This document shows, piece after piece, positions 1 to 9,267 of a stretch of 45,512 nucleotides of DNA. The notes under the pieces were generated by a model. It saw nothing but the letters and a program-made list of their open reading frames with translations. It made no database searches and was not told the DNA's origin. The stretch lies in IMG/VR virus record IMGVR_UViG_2049941000_000100. The stretch is one strand, 5' to 3'. Position numbers and translations under genes: made by a program. The first letter of the stretch is position 1, and the number at the start of each line of letters is the position of its first letter. Source of the stretch: an uncultured virus (IMG/VR IMGVR_UViG_2049941000_000100). Its lineage: Duplodnaviria; Heunggongvirae; Uroviricota; Caudoviricetes.

Positions 1-2
1 GT

Positions 3-737
3 ATTGGCGCTGGTTATGCGGTCGCTCTTATTATAAGTTTAGCGGGCGCCGCACCTATAATTAATTTAGATAAGTTCAAAGAAATTAATAGTTTCTTTAG
101 TCTGCCGCAGTTTACATTTTGGATTGCGAAAGACGGGTTAAAAGAAATTAGCTTAATCTATCTCTTCCAAATTTTCTTTGCTTACGCGCCGGTCGCATTT
201 GTAGTATTTGCGGAGCATTTAGCGGACCATAAGAATTTATCTACTATTATTGGAAGAGATTTAACTAAGGACCCAGGACTTCATAGAACGCTTTTTGGCG
301 ATGGCGTTGGCTCTATGGTTGGCGCGTTCTTTGGTGGTTGTCCAAATACGACTTATGGTGAATCTATTGGATGCGTTGCAATTACAGGAAATGCATCAGT
401 AATTACGATTACTACTACGGCTATATTGGCTATTATTGTGTCGTTTATTAAACCACTTATGGTAATATTGGATTCTATTCCGGCTTGTGTAATGGGCGGC
501 GTTTGCATGACGCTTTACGGATTTATTGCGGTAAGTGGACTCAAAATGGTACAGAAGGTAGACCTTAATAAAAACGCTAATCTTTTCGTAGTTTCTGTAA
601 TTCTTATTGCCGGCGTAGGCGGACTTAGTTTAAGCTTTACTACTGGAATGGGAGATATTACTATTACTACTGTAGCTTGCGCGCTTATATTAGGAATTAT
701 TACTAATTTAATTACTAAGCATGGAAATAAAGAATAA
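3..737 (+). CDS. uraA: NCS2-family uracil/xanthine permease, 5'-truncated by window edge
   Basis: Frame open from base 3: ...FAEHLADHKNL...DPGLHRTLFGDGVGSMVGAFFGGCPNTTYGESIG...LYGFIAVSG, typical UraA/PyrP signature; hydrophobic helices; TAA stop. Confidence 0.88.
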   Translation: MGAGYAVALIISLAGAAPIINLDKFKEINSFFSLPQFTFWIAKDGLKEISLIYLFQIFFAYAPVAFVVFAEHLADHKNLSTIIGRDLTKDPGLHRTLFGDGVGSMVGAFFGGCPNTTYGESIGCVAITGNASVITITTTAILAIIVSFIKPLMVILDSIPACVMGGVCMTLYGFIAVSGLKMVQKVDLNKNANLFVVSVILIAGVGGLSLSFTTGMGDITITTVACALILGIITNLITKHGNKE

Positions 738-1215
738 AATAATTCTTTAAATTTAGGTCCGTCGTGGNNNNNNNNNNNNNNNNNNNNNNNNNNNNNNNNN
801 NNNNNNNNNNNNNNNNNNNNNNNNNNNNNNNNNNNNNNNNNNNNNNNNNNNNNNNNNNNNNNNNNNNNNNNNNNNNNNNNNNNNNNNNNNNNNNNNNNNN
901 NNNNNNNNNNNNNNNNNNNNNNNNNNNNNNNNNNNNNNNNNNNNNNNNNNNNNNNNNNNNNNNNNNNNNNNNNNNNNNNNNNNNNNNNNNNNNNNNNNNN
1001 NNNNNNNNNNNNNNNNNNNNNNNNNNNNNNNNNNNNNNNNNNNNNNNNNNNNNNNNNNNNNNNNNNNNNNNNNNNNNNNNNNNNNNNNNNNNNNNNNNNN
1101 NNNNNNNNNNNNNNNNNNNNNNNNNNNNNNNNNNNNNNNNNNNNNNNNNNNNNNNNNNNNNNNNNNNNNNNNNNNNNNNNNNNNNNNNNNNNNNNNNNNN
1201 NNNNNNNNNNNNNNN

Positions 1216-1416
1216 ATGAGAGAATTCCAGGAAGCTTATAACTTTATTCGTTTCGGTACGCGTGGGGATTGGGTTTCTAATGATAGGAACGATCGACGTA
1301 TTGAGCGTTTAACTAAGGGCGTTGATACCATGGCACCCTCTTGCGCATGCTATGAGCGTGAGAAGTATACTGGGACTTTGTGTGGGACCGAAGCTATTAA
1401 GTGGCTTTTAAGTTAA
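1216..1416 (+). CDS. Hypothetical protein (start may lie in the N gap)
   Basis: ORF directly after gap, TAA stop, followed by RBS of next gene. Confidence 0.5.
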   Translation: MREFQEAYNFIRFGTRGDWVSNDRNDRRIERLTKGVDTMAPSCACYEREKYTGTLCGTEAIKWLLS

Positions 1417-1428
1417 AGAGAGGATAAT

Positions 1429-1758
1429 ATGAAGCTTTGGGTCGATGATATGCGCGAGCCGCCCTATTGTGGGGAATGGATTGTTGTGCGTTCTGTACGT
1501 CAGGCAAAGATTGCGATTAATTGGTATGAGCATCAAATGAGCGATGACACTATTCTGATTAGTCTTGACCATGATGCTGGGGACTTTGCGCAAGATGGTG
1601 GGGATTATATTAAAATTCTGGACTGGCTTGAGGCTGAGGATATTGTTGATACTGGATATTTTTTTCATATCCATTCTCAAAATCCTGTTGGGGTTGAGAA
1701 TATGCGTAGGGTAATTGAGCATAACGGATGGAGAGAAATAAAAAGCATAGGAGAATAA
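1429..1758 (+). CDS. Cyclic-phosphate-processing receiver (cREC)-like domain protein
   Basis: KLWVDDMREPP, ISLDHDAG, DYIKILDWLE, HIHSQNPVG motifs; GAGG RBS. Confidence 0.75.
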   Translation: MKLWVDDMREPPYCGEWIVVRSVRQAKIAINWYEHQMSDDTILISLDHDAGDFAQDGGDYIKILDWLEAEDIVDTGYFFHIHSQNPVGVENMRRVIEHNGWREIKSIGE

Positions 1759-1759
1759 T

Positions 1760-1969
1760 ATGGAAGAAAAGTTCTATGATTGTCCGACCCAAGTTATCTT
1801 CCGTGCGAAGAAAGGCGACCATAAATATGCTGGTATTGCATATGGAAGTGTAGTTATTAGCGCGAAGTGTGGGGTAGTTATTCCTCTTCATGATATTGAG
1901 TATTTGAAAGAAGAGTATTGGCTGGATTTGACCGATGCGATTAAGGGAGATTTAACTGAGGTAGATTAA
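1760..1969 (+). CDS. Hypothetical phage protein
   Basis: AGGAG RBS, abuts previous gene, TAA stop. Confidence 0.7.
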   Translation: MEEKFYDCPTQVIFRAKKGDHKYAGIAYGSVVISAKCGVVIPLHDIEYLKEEYWLDLTDAIKGDLTEVD

Positions 1970-2214
1970 ATATATGAGTATAATAGCGCAAACTATTGTA
2001 GGTTTTATCTTAGAGCTTATCGCGTTGTTGGGCTGCGTTTTTCTTTTTGTCCATAAAGATGCCGATGATATGGCGCGGTTTAGTGGGTTATTTGGAATAA
2101 TAGGAATTTCANNNNNNNNNNGGGCTTAACAGTATGGGGCTTTTAATCTTTGCTATTATTCTATTTATTATAGATATAGTTTTAATAATAATTTCTTTTA
2201 AGAGGGTAAAATAA

Positions 2215-2676
2215 ATGAGTGCATATATCCATTTTTTCGTGCGTGCTGGTAGCACTTTTTGTCCTATTGCTACTTACTGCCGTAGTTCAAAAGTATATGA
2301 AATTTTCCATCGCGCGCCCTATGAACAGATAACAACTTTAGATAAAGCTACTCTTAATGATTATTTTGATGAAGCTACTATTATGCGCGATAATCTGAAA
2401 GAAAATAGGATTAAATACGAAAAACGTATTGAGACTATTAAGGGGTTTGAGAATAGCGCAGAAGAAAAGTTGGAATTGATTTGCGAATGTGAAGAGCTTA
2501 TTGAAGAAACTGATAGTGAACTTAGAGAAGTAGAGGATGCTATTTGTTTTATTGGTTTTCTTACTTCTATTCTTAGTGAAGTATTATATGATGTACCACT
2601 TGGAATTTTTAAGGGTCAGTATTTATACTATGGAGTTGAGTGTTATAGACCAACTACAAAAGATATTAAGGAGTAA
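2215..2676 (+). CDS. Hypothetical phage protein with central coiled coil
   Basis: 153 aa ORF, GAGG RBS, TAA stop. Confidence 0.75.
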   Translation: MSAYIHFFVRAGSTFCPIATYCRSSKVYEIFHRAPYEQITTLDKATLNDYFDEATIMRDNLKENRIKYEKRIETIKGFENSAEEKLELICECEELIEETDSELREVEDAICFIGFLTSILSEVLYDVPLGIFKGQYLYYGVECYRPTTKDIKE

Positions 2677-2678
2677 AT

Positions 2679-2909
2679 ATGGAATTTTTAGAGCGAGAGA
2701 AGCCTTATTCTTTTTGCTTTCGACTTATAAATTCTTTGAGTGGAGGGCGATTAAAGAAATATCTTACAAAGGCTTTAATTTATTTAATTAGATTAAGAAG
2801 TGATATAAAACTTATGACTCAAAATGGGGATATGTATATAACTAGTAGTTCTATGCTTGAGGATATTGAGATAGCTATTAAGTTTATTTATAAAATCTTT
2901 GAGATTTAA
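2679..2909 (+). CDS. Hypothetical protein
   Basis: AAGGAG RBS, abuts previous gene. Confidence 0.55.
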   Translation: MEFLEREKPYSFCFRLINSLSGGRLKKYLTKALIYLIRLRSDIKLMTQNGDMYITSSSMLEDIEIAIKFIYKIFEI

Positions 2910-2966
2910 TATAAAAAGTTACTTAAGATTAGAGCTTTTGTTCTAATATTTAGTAGGAGTAAAGAT

Positions 2967-3236
2967 ATGAAAGGTAAGTATCGTAAAAAGCCCGTTATTA
3001 TTGAGGCTATTTAGTGGACTGGAGATAATATAGATGAATTAAGGAGAGAGTTTTCTAATTTCATTAATGACTCTTGGATAGTCGGTAAAAATTCTGAGTT
3101 ATATTTAGGAACTCTTGAAGGGCCGATGCACGCGTCAATAGGAGATTATATTATCCGCGGGATAAAGGGTGAGTTCTATGCGTGTAAGCCAGATATTTTT
3201 ATGGACACCTATGATAAGGTAGAAGAAGAATAGTAA
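2967..3236 (+). CDS. Conserved small phage protein (KYRKKPV.IEA.Q family), needs TAG=Gln
   Basis: MKGKYRKKPVIIEAI[TAG 3012]WTGDN...TLEGPMHASIGDYIIRGIKGEFYACKPDIF; TAG sits at the family's usual Gln; missing from the ORF track. Confidence 0.85.
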
Positions 3237-3427
3237 TGGAAGCTTTGGTAGAAGTTATGGAGTTTGATACTTGGAGATATATAGCCTTAGTGGCTTTCTT
3301 TGTTTTAACTAATTTTGTGGCTTATAATTATGGCTTTGTGCGCGGTGGGACGTATATGTATTGGTATTGTAAAGATGTATGGAATATAAAAGATGACGAA
3401 GATGAGGAAGAGGATAATGCCACCTAA
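3236..3427 (+). CDS. Small membrane protein
   Basis: TAATG overlap with previous gene; one hydrophobic helix, acidic tail. Confidence 0.6.
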   Translation: MEALVEVMEFDTWRYIALVAFFVLTNFVAYNYGFVRGGTYMYWYCKDVWNIKDDEDEEEDNAT

Positions 3428-3728
3428 AAATTTTGAAGAATATACGATAGCTTATGGAGTTGGTAATCAAGAAACAAAAACTTGGGTTGCTACTAGTGAG
3501 TCTTTAGCAGAAGATGTAGATTTAACTCATTGGACTTTAAGCTGTCCTGATACTTTAACTATTCCTATTTGTGATTGGAATACTTCAGTTACTATAGGTA
3601 CCGCTAGTTTATATGAGCCGCGCCCTCTACGTTTACATTGTGAATATTGCGGCTGCGTTAGTAAGAAAGATTATGGGACTTGCGAGCATTGCGGCGCACC
3701 ATTAATCCCGCTGGAATATTATAATTGA
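3417..3728 (+). CDS. Protein with C-terminal zinc ribbon
   Basis: CEYCG...CEHCGAP; likely ATG at 3417 after GAGG. Confidence 0.65.
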   Translation: MPPKNFEEYTIAYGVGNQETKTWVATSESLAEDVDLTHWTLSCPDTLTIPICDWNTSVTIGTASLYEPRPLRLHCEYCGCVSKKDYGTCEHCGAPLIPLEYYN

Positions 3729-3737
3729 GGAAAATTT

Positions 3738-4124
3738 ATGGCGCATAAATATTTAGAAGATATTGGAATTACCGATGGTCCATATAATTGGCGTGGAGAT
3801 AGTTTTAAATGGCGGCACGAACGCCAGGTATATGGATTTGATAGTCGGGAATGTTGGAATCTAGATTATACTTTTTATCTTTGGCTTTATGAGCGGCTTA
3901 TGAAGTATCTTGAAGATGCGGAGTCGGTAGTGGACCTTACTTGGACTAAAGCTGAATATAATGGAAAAACCTATACCCAGCGTGAACTTATAGATATGAT
4001 GTTGGAGCGGCTTAAGAGATTTTTAACTGACGAAGATTTTAATGACTACGAAGAAGAAAACTTTAAATGGCTCCATGAAATAGAAAAAATTTGGGCAGTA
4101 ATTCTACCTGCAATGTGGTGGTAA
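3738..4124 (+). CDS. Conserved hypothetical phage protein
   Basis: GFDSRECWNLDYTF...ERL...MWW; GAGG RBS. Confidence 0.75.
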   Translation: MAHKYLEDIGITDGPYNWRGDSFKWRHERQVYGFDSRECWNLDYTFYLWLYERLMKYLEDAESVVDLTWTKAEYNGKTYTQRELIDMMLERLKRFLTDEDFNDYEEENFKWLHEIEKIWAVILPAMWW

Positions 4125-4127
4125 TTT

Positions 4128-4258
4128 ATGTTTTATATTGGACTTATTATTATTCTTATTCTTACTATTGTTCATACAATTAAAAATAAAGAAACTATAA
4201 AGGATGGTATTTTATCTTTTATTCTTAGCGTTATTCTCTTTTTTATTATAGAATGTGT
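4128..4258 (+). CDS. Small membrane protein, cut by gap
   Basis: MFYIGLIIILILTIVHT... open up to the N run. Confidence 0.4.
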
Positions 4259-4268
4259 NNNNNNNNNN

Positions 4269-4903
4269 TGTTTAAGTTTGGGTTCGATAAAGTAATGAAG
4301 GACTTTACTCGTAGTAATTACGAGGATTGGATTAGGGATACTCTTGAATCTGGCGCGGACGTCATTAGTGATGGTGATATTAACGATTGCTATATCTTTA
4401 GTGATGGTAATTGCGACGTTTATATCGCCGGTGGAGCTTCTAAGGTAGCTTTTTGGACTGACGAAAGCGATAGCGTTTTTAAAATGGGATTTAATAAGCT
4501 TCGGTGCGACTATTGCGGCTTAGAGGCCGAATATTTTGCAGAAGCGAAACGGCTCGGTTTAGGTGAATTTTTCGCAGGTACTGAGTTCGTTATGTACTGT
4601 AATGGTATTCGTATTTATAAGGCTGAGCGCGCAGAGGTAAGCTTTGAAAAACTTTCAAGCGACCTCTTCGATAAGCTTAAGAGCGATGGTATGGATGAAT
4701 CTACGATTTACGATACTATCGACGAGGCGGATAGTTGCTGCGAGTTTATTAATTGGCTTTTACCTTATTATACTAACGAAGATAAGGTTAACGAGCTTTT
4801 CGATTTCCTTAACGAGAATAGTATTAACGACCTCCATAGTGGAAATATCGGTTATATTGGGGACCGCATAGTTCTTATAGATTATAGCGGTTACCGTGGC
4901 TAA
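4269..4903 (+). CDS. Protein-kinase-like (APH/ePK fold) protein; start lies at or in the gap
   Basis: GGASKVAF loop, VFKM lysine, DLHSGNIG catalytic loop, VLIDYSG. Confidence 0.75.
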
Positions 4904-4910
4904 GATTTTT

Positions 4911-5035
4911 TCCAGAAATCCATAAATAGAATACTCCTCTTTCCAACGGCGCACGAGGTTTTGGAAAGTTGGGCGCATCGTCCTCCCTTATGTCTTTTGA
5001 TGCGTAGAGGAGTATTTTATTTATGGATTTTTGGA
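4911..5035 (+). ncRNA. Candidate structured RNA (30-bp stem enclosing two hairpins)
   Basis: 4911-4940 pairs with 5006-5035, both mismatches are G-U on +; inner stems TTCCAA/TTGGAA and CGCATC/GATGCG. Confidence 0.45.
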
Positions 5036-5050
5036 GGTTAAATAGATTCA

Positions 5051-5242
5051 ATGGAAATACATAATTTAAGTTTAGGAGAATTTTTGGAAAAATTCCCATA
5101 TATGCGGCCGCATATAAATTAGTATTATTCTAATTTTCTCGGTCGGCGCCTTATAATTCCAATAGATAACGATAAAATATTATCGGATATAATATAGGAA
5201 GAAGATATAAGACGATTAGAATACTATATAAGTATTTCTTAA
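5051..5242 (+). CDS. Hypothetical protein, 63 aa with TAG=Gln
   Basis: GGAGG at 5033, two in-frame TAG, TAA stop followed by terminator. Confidence 0.55.
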
Positions 5243-5269
5243 AAAATTCCAAAAAACGCTAGATAAAGG

Positions 5270-5310
5270 AAAAGACTAGGTAGGTAATTCTATCTAGTCT
5301 TTTTTATTTT
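5270..5310 (+). terminator. Rho-independent terminator
   Basis: AAAGACTAGGTAG...CTATCTAGTCTTT then T run. Confidence 0.7.
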
Positions 5311-5670
5311 AGGAAAATCCTATAAATTTTTACGTCGCGCGCAATCTACGTCTATAGAAAATTTTAGAAAATTTTTTCGGAAAAGTTAGTAGCTTTTTAA
5401 ATTTCGGTAAAAATAGTTACGTTAAAATTTTCCAAAAAATCGTAGCTTCGAAATTTTCCAAAAATAAAATTTCTAAAATTTTTCCGAAAATTACGTACTT
5501 TTTAAACGANNNNNNNNNNNNNNNNNNNNNNNNNNNNNNNNNNNNNNNNNNNNNNNNNNNNNNNNNNNNNNNNNNNNNNNNNNNNNNNNNNNNNTTCGCC
5601 GCATGGCGCGGGAGAAGTAGCCTATTCTTAAACCTAGCTTATACTAATCTTTATAATAAAACGTAGCCGA

Positions 5671-5780
5671 TAGGGGTTAATAAAACGGGGATAGGTAATA
5701 GGGGTTATAGGTAGGGATAATAGGTTAGGGGACTATATAAAGGTCTATAAAGGTTTATAAAAGTCTATAAAAGTTTATAA
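5671..5780. repeat. Periodic G-tracts followed by TATAAA(A/G)GT(C/T) 10-mers
   Basis: G3-4 runs at 5673, 5687, 5701, 5714, 5728; four tandem 10-mers from 5736. Confidence 0.7.
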
Positions 5781-6019
5781 GTGTACGGGGCACAAAATTT
5801 CCACGATTTCAAATTTTAAAATTTAAATTTTAATTCGCTACATAAAAACGCAGCTTTTTAACGCTGTGTTTAAACGTATATATTATATATATATAAGTAT
5901 TCTCCCCTGACTATGTTGAAGTAAACTTTTTAATTGAAAAATATAAAAAATTAGTGCAAATCTGAAATTTTGGAGCTGTCAAATTTTACTATAAAATTTT
6001 GCGTCGCGCGCCATATAGA

Positions 6020-6050
6020 TAAAAAAATAGACCCCGTTCTGGGGTCTATC
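6020..6050 (-). terminator. Rho-independent terminator closing the - strand array
   Basis: ATAGACCCC-gttct-GGGGTCTAT with A run on the left. Confidence 0.75.
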
Positions 6051-6061
6051 TACGTTCTAGC

Positions 6062-6406
6062 TTACGCCTTAGTGTAAGCCTTCTGGAGAGTGTTCTTAAC
6101 CTTAACCTCACCAACGGTCACACGACCGTCCGCGGCCAGAACCTTCAGCACGGCAGTGGCCTTAGACACAGAAGTGATACCCTCAATGCCAAGAGCATAG
6201 ACCGCAGAGGCTGTAAGGGTCTCATTGGGCAGAGCCTCGTACAGGATGTCAGCCAGCTCCATATTGGCGGCCTTCTTGGGAGAGATGGCGGTCTTACGCT
6301 TCTCCAGCGCGGTGTCCATCTTCACGATTTCCTCAGCGGCAAAAGCTTTCAGCTCGTCAGTCATAGCACCATTAGCAACATTAGTCAGAAATTCACGCTT
6401 CGTCAT
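6062..6406 (-). CDS. Array family A protein, copy 1 (coiled coil plus possible winged helix)
   Basis: Shares I.S.SKATA..K and V....K.Y motifs with 10634 and 18833 genes; AGAGG RBS. Confidence 0.8.
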   Translation of the reverse strand: MTKREFLTNVANGAMTDELKAFAAEEIVKMDTALEKRKTAISPKKAANMELADILYEALPNETLTASAVYALGIEGITSVSKATAVLKVLAADGRVTVGEVKVKNTLQKAYTKA

Positions 6407-6536
6407 AGTTTTTTTACCTCTTTCTTTTTTTTATTTTTTTAAATTTTCTTTCGGGCTTTGGGCTTTTTTCTTCCCTCACCTTACATATATATTATACTAT
6501 AAATTTTAGAAATTCTCAAATTTTCACAGCTTATTT

Positions 6537-6750
6537 TAAAATTTGACAGCGGGCAAATCGCAGCTGCGAGTAAAATTTGACAAGGCCTTTGCAGCTGCGC
6601 AGCTCCTTTAAAATTTGACAACCCAGCTCCCGGACGCAGCTTTCGCAGCTTTCGCAGCTTTCGCAGCTGCAGTAAAATTTGACAGCTGGTTTGCAGCTGC
6701 CTTACACGTTTAAAATTTGACAGGGCCCGCATAAATATGCAAATTTGACG
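6537..6750. repeat. TAAAATTTGACA repeat cluster with GCAGCT spacers
   Basis: Copies at 6537, 6571, 6609, 6673, 6711; inverted copy at 5977; (GCAGCTTTC)x3 at 6636. Confidence 0.85.
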
Positions 6751-7007
6751 CATAATCGATGCATAATATGCATAAATATAAATGTATATTTATGCAAAAA
6801 TCCTGCATAATCGGTGTATATTGTGCATAAATTTGCGCGCGAAATAATATATAATATAGTATATAATATACAATCTGCGTCCGAAAGGTAAATAATATAT
6901 AATATATTTTTGCGAATAAAACTTGACAAAAGCCTAAATTTGTGGCCCGGGCACGCCGTATAATTATGCATTTATAATATAAAAAAAGAGGGTTTCCCCT
7001 CTTCTTT

Positions 7008-7313
7008 TTAGTTCTTCTTTTCGGACTTTTTCGCCTTCTTCTCGGCGGCCTTCTGCGCTTTCTTGCGCTTTTCGTCCTCATGGAACGCATAAGCCTGCGC
7101 CGCCTCAAAGGGGTCATAACCGCTACCATCACGAGGACCCTTCGGAATCTTCAAGACGATTTCGATGGCACCTTCCTCGCCGTCCTCGACAATGGGAACT
7201 GCGAAGGTATTGGAACCTGTCTGAAGGATATCGAAGCCAAAGGACTTCAAGGATTCAGTAATGTGGAAAACGAGGGTCTTACGAGATTCTTCACCGATTT
7301 TCTTAGTCGCCAT
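7008..7313 (-). CDS. Array family B protein, copy 1
   Basis: MATKKIGE...IPKG.R.GSGYD..E.AQAY plus Lys-rich tail; AAGGAG RBS. Confidence 0.8.
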   Translation of the reverse strand: MATKKIGEESRKTLVFHITESLKSFGFDILQTGSNTFAVPIVEDGEEGAIEIVLKIPKGPRDGSGYDPFEAAQAYAFHEDEKRKKAQKAAEKKAKKSEKKN

Positions 7314-7343
7314 AGTATTTGCTCCTTTCATCTTTCTAATACT

Positions 7344-7372
7344 ATTATAGACGATAAATACCCATTTGTCAA
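7344..7372 (-). promoter_or_regulatory. Consensus sigma-A promoter (representative of roughly 25-30 in the array)
   Basis: TTGACA-N17-TATAAT on - strand. Confidence 0.85.
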
Positions 7373-7453
7373 TACATAATATTTATTAATTTTTACTGTA
7401 TATTTATGCGCCGGCCCGGACCAAAGGTCCTACTTGGGTTTTTAGATTATATC

Positions 7454-7612
7454 TTATTCAATATAAAAACTTTGAATTTCTACATACTCATTATTACATT
7501 CCGCTTCTAACTGAAAATTCTCGGCTTTTTCTTTTGTTGAGAAAGTTCCTAAAATAGCCCAATCATTTTCATCATTACCACCAATTACAATATATACTTT
7601 ATGTTTTTTCAT
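7454..7612 (-). CDS. Small hypothetical protein (52 aa)
   Basis: MKKHKVYIV...ILGTFSTKEKAE; GGAAAGG RBS; own TTGACA-N17-TATAAT at 7643-7671. Confidence 0.7.
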   Translation of the reverse strand: MKKHKVYIVIGGNDENDWAILGTFSTKEKAENFQLEAECNNEYVEIQSFYIE

Positions 7613-7846
7613 TTTCTTCTTTCCTTTCCTTTTTCTAAATTTATTATAGCATATTAGTACTAAACTGTCAAGGGGATTTGAAAAATTTTTTAGTCCGACT
7701 ATTGCAATCTTTCTTGATGGGTTAGTTTCATCACTCTCGGACAGTGACTACTCGCTCAACCTCTCCCCTTGACACTATTATAATACCACACTCTATAGTA
7801 AAAGTCAATAGGGGAAAATAATATATTATTTTCGCCCGGGCGAACG

Positions 7847-8077
7847 TTACCCCTCTTTCTCTTGCAGAAATTCCTCGACATTATTGGCGATTACTTTACA
7901 ATACAAACCTAAATTATCTTGCATTAAATGGGTTTTGTTCAATAATTCGCCAGTAAAAAGATTTACAACTGCGCCGATGCCATCGCGTGAACATACTTTC
8001 ATGAAGTAGTATGCAGAAAAAGGGAATTGAATAATTGCGCCATCTTTAACACCTGCGTAATGGATAATTTCAGACAT
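7847..8077 (-). CDS. Small hypothetical protein, related to 12470-12703
   Basis: G..(I)F....MK....AV.L..G.L pattern shared. Confidence 0.7.
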   Translation of the reverse strand: MSEIIHYAGVKDGAIIQFPFSAYYFMKVCSRDGIGAVVNLFTGELLNKTHLMQDNLGLYCKVIANNVEEFLQEKEG

Positions 8078-8098
8078 CTTTATTTCATCCTTTATTTT

Positions 8099-8302
8099 TT
8101 AGAAACAAATTACATAAATCAAACTACTTACAACCAAAGGGATTAAACCCTTTCTGAGAAAAGTTACAATGAAAGCGAGAGGGTACCAAATCCAATCTGG
8201 CATATCTACCCAAGTTGAAAGTTCCCAGTCATCTACTCCATTCTGAAAAGTGCGATAAAGGGTCCATCCAACGCAGAATACTATCAAAGCAATAAGTTTC
8301 AT
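8099..8302 (-). CDS. Small two-helix membrane protein
   Basis: Hydrophobic segments, AAAGGA RBS, own promoter. Confidence 0.7.
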   Translation of the reverse strand: MKLIALIVFCVGWTLYRTFQNGVDDWELSTWVDMPDWIWYPLAFIVTFLRKGLIPLVVSSLIYVICF

Positions 8303-8411
8303 ATTTTTTATTTCCTTTCTTTTTTCTAAATATAGTATAGCAGATTAAAATTAAAAAGTCAATACTTCTAATTGTGAACTTTTTATGAACGCCCGGGCCA
8401 AACCGATGACT

Positions 8412-8699
8412 TCAACAGTCATCGGAATAGCAACCCATATAGGGGTCAAATCCCATATCAAGGTCCATCTCCATTTCTTCCTCGTAATCGGGTTCGTCTT
8501 CGTCCCAATCGTCACGAGAAGGCTCGCACTCCCACTTGTCCCAAGAGTCCTCTTCTTCGTATTCTTCGGGATAGTCTTCGGGTTCCTCTGCGCCGCACCA
8601 GTACTCGCAGTTTACATAATCGCCGTCATCGGCATAGGGGCAGTGGTGACGACCATCCAAATCGGGTTCGTCGCAAGGGGTCCATTTCTTAAGACTCAT
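8412..8699 (-). CDS. Very acidic Cys-containing protein
   Basis: C..CPY..C..WC N-terminus, D/E-rich, ends MGFDPYMGCYSDDC; AGGAGG RBS. Confidence 0.8.
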   Translation of the reverse strand: MSLKKWTPCDEPDLDGRHHCPYADDGDYVNCEYWCGAEEPEDYPEEYEEEDSWDKWECEPSRDDWDEDEPDYEEEMEMDLDMGFDPYMGCYSDDC

Positions 8700-8712
8700 T
8701 TTTATATCCTCC

Positions 8713-8895
8713 TTAATAAGTATCGTATCCCATCATTTCGGCCTCTTCGTCAGAGTAAATGCCGAGGCACCGAATCCTCTCGCCTTCCGCAACCTGTCGC
8801 GCCGTATAAAAAGCGCCATTCTTAGTCGTGGACTGAACGAAGAACTCTTCGCCCTCCCATTCACCGCTCATAATCTCGAACAAGTAATTATCCAT
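8713..8895 (-). CDS. Small hypothetical phage protein
   Basis: GEEFFV...EAEMMGYDTY; own promoter. Confidence 0.75.
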   Translation of the reverse strand: MDNYLFEIMSGEWEGEEFFVQSTTKNGAFYTARQVAEGERIRCLGIYSDEEAEMMGYDTY

Positions 8896-8953
8896 TTCGT
8901 TTAGTTCCTTTCCTTATCTTCTATAATTATTATATCACAAGTTTTTTATTTTG

Positions 8954-9127
8954 TCAACTATTTTCTTTTTTATATTTAATAGTTTCTTGACAAAAATATT
9001 CAATATCATTTATACGTAATTTCATAAGTAATGCATAGATAGTATCACAATACAGATAACAATGGTTAATACACCATTTTGCGATATAATTTAACACATG
9101 GTCTTTAAGTTCAAAAAGCCAGTACAT
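8954..9127 (-). CDS. Small hypothetical protein
   Basis: AAGGAG RBS before ATG 9127; own promoter. Confidence 0.55.
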   Translation of the reverse strand: MYWLFELKDHVLNYIAKWCINHCYLYCDTIYALLMKLRINDIEYFCQETIKYKKENS

Positions 9128-9267
9128 TTTATTTTCTCCTTTCATTTTCTGAATATAGTATAACATATAAGTTTTGAAATTGCAATACCTATTTTAATTT
9201 GTTCACAATTTGTTCATAAGTCCGCGGCCCGGGCACGAACGCGCATATTTATACGCGCCCTTGCATA

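Noticed and set aside
764..1219. ORF-track entries made of X (also 19447, 38248, 44290, 44668)
   Set aside because: Artefacts of N runs.
1974..2200. Small membrane gene(s)
   Set aside because: Hydrophobic frames present but split by a gap; boundaries cannot be set.
6537..6722. CRISPR mini-array
   Set aside because: Repeat only 12 bp, spacers uneven and similar to each other, no cas gene in window.
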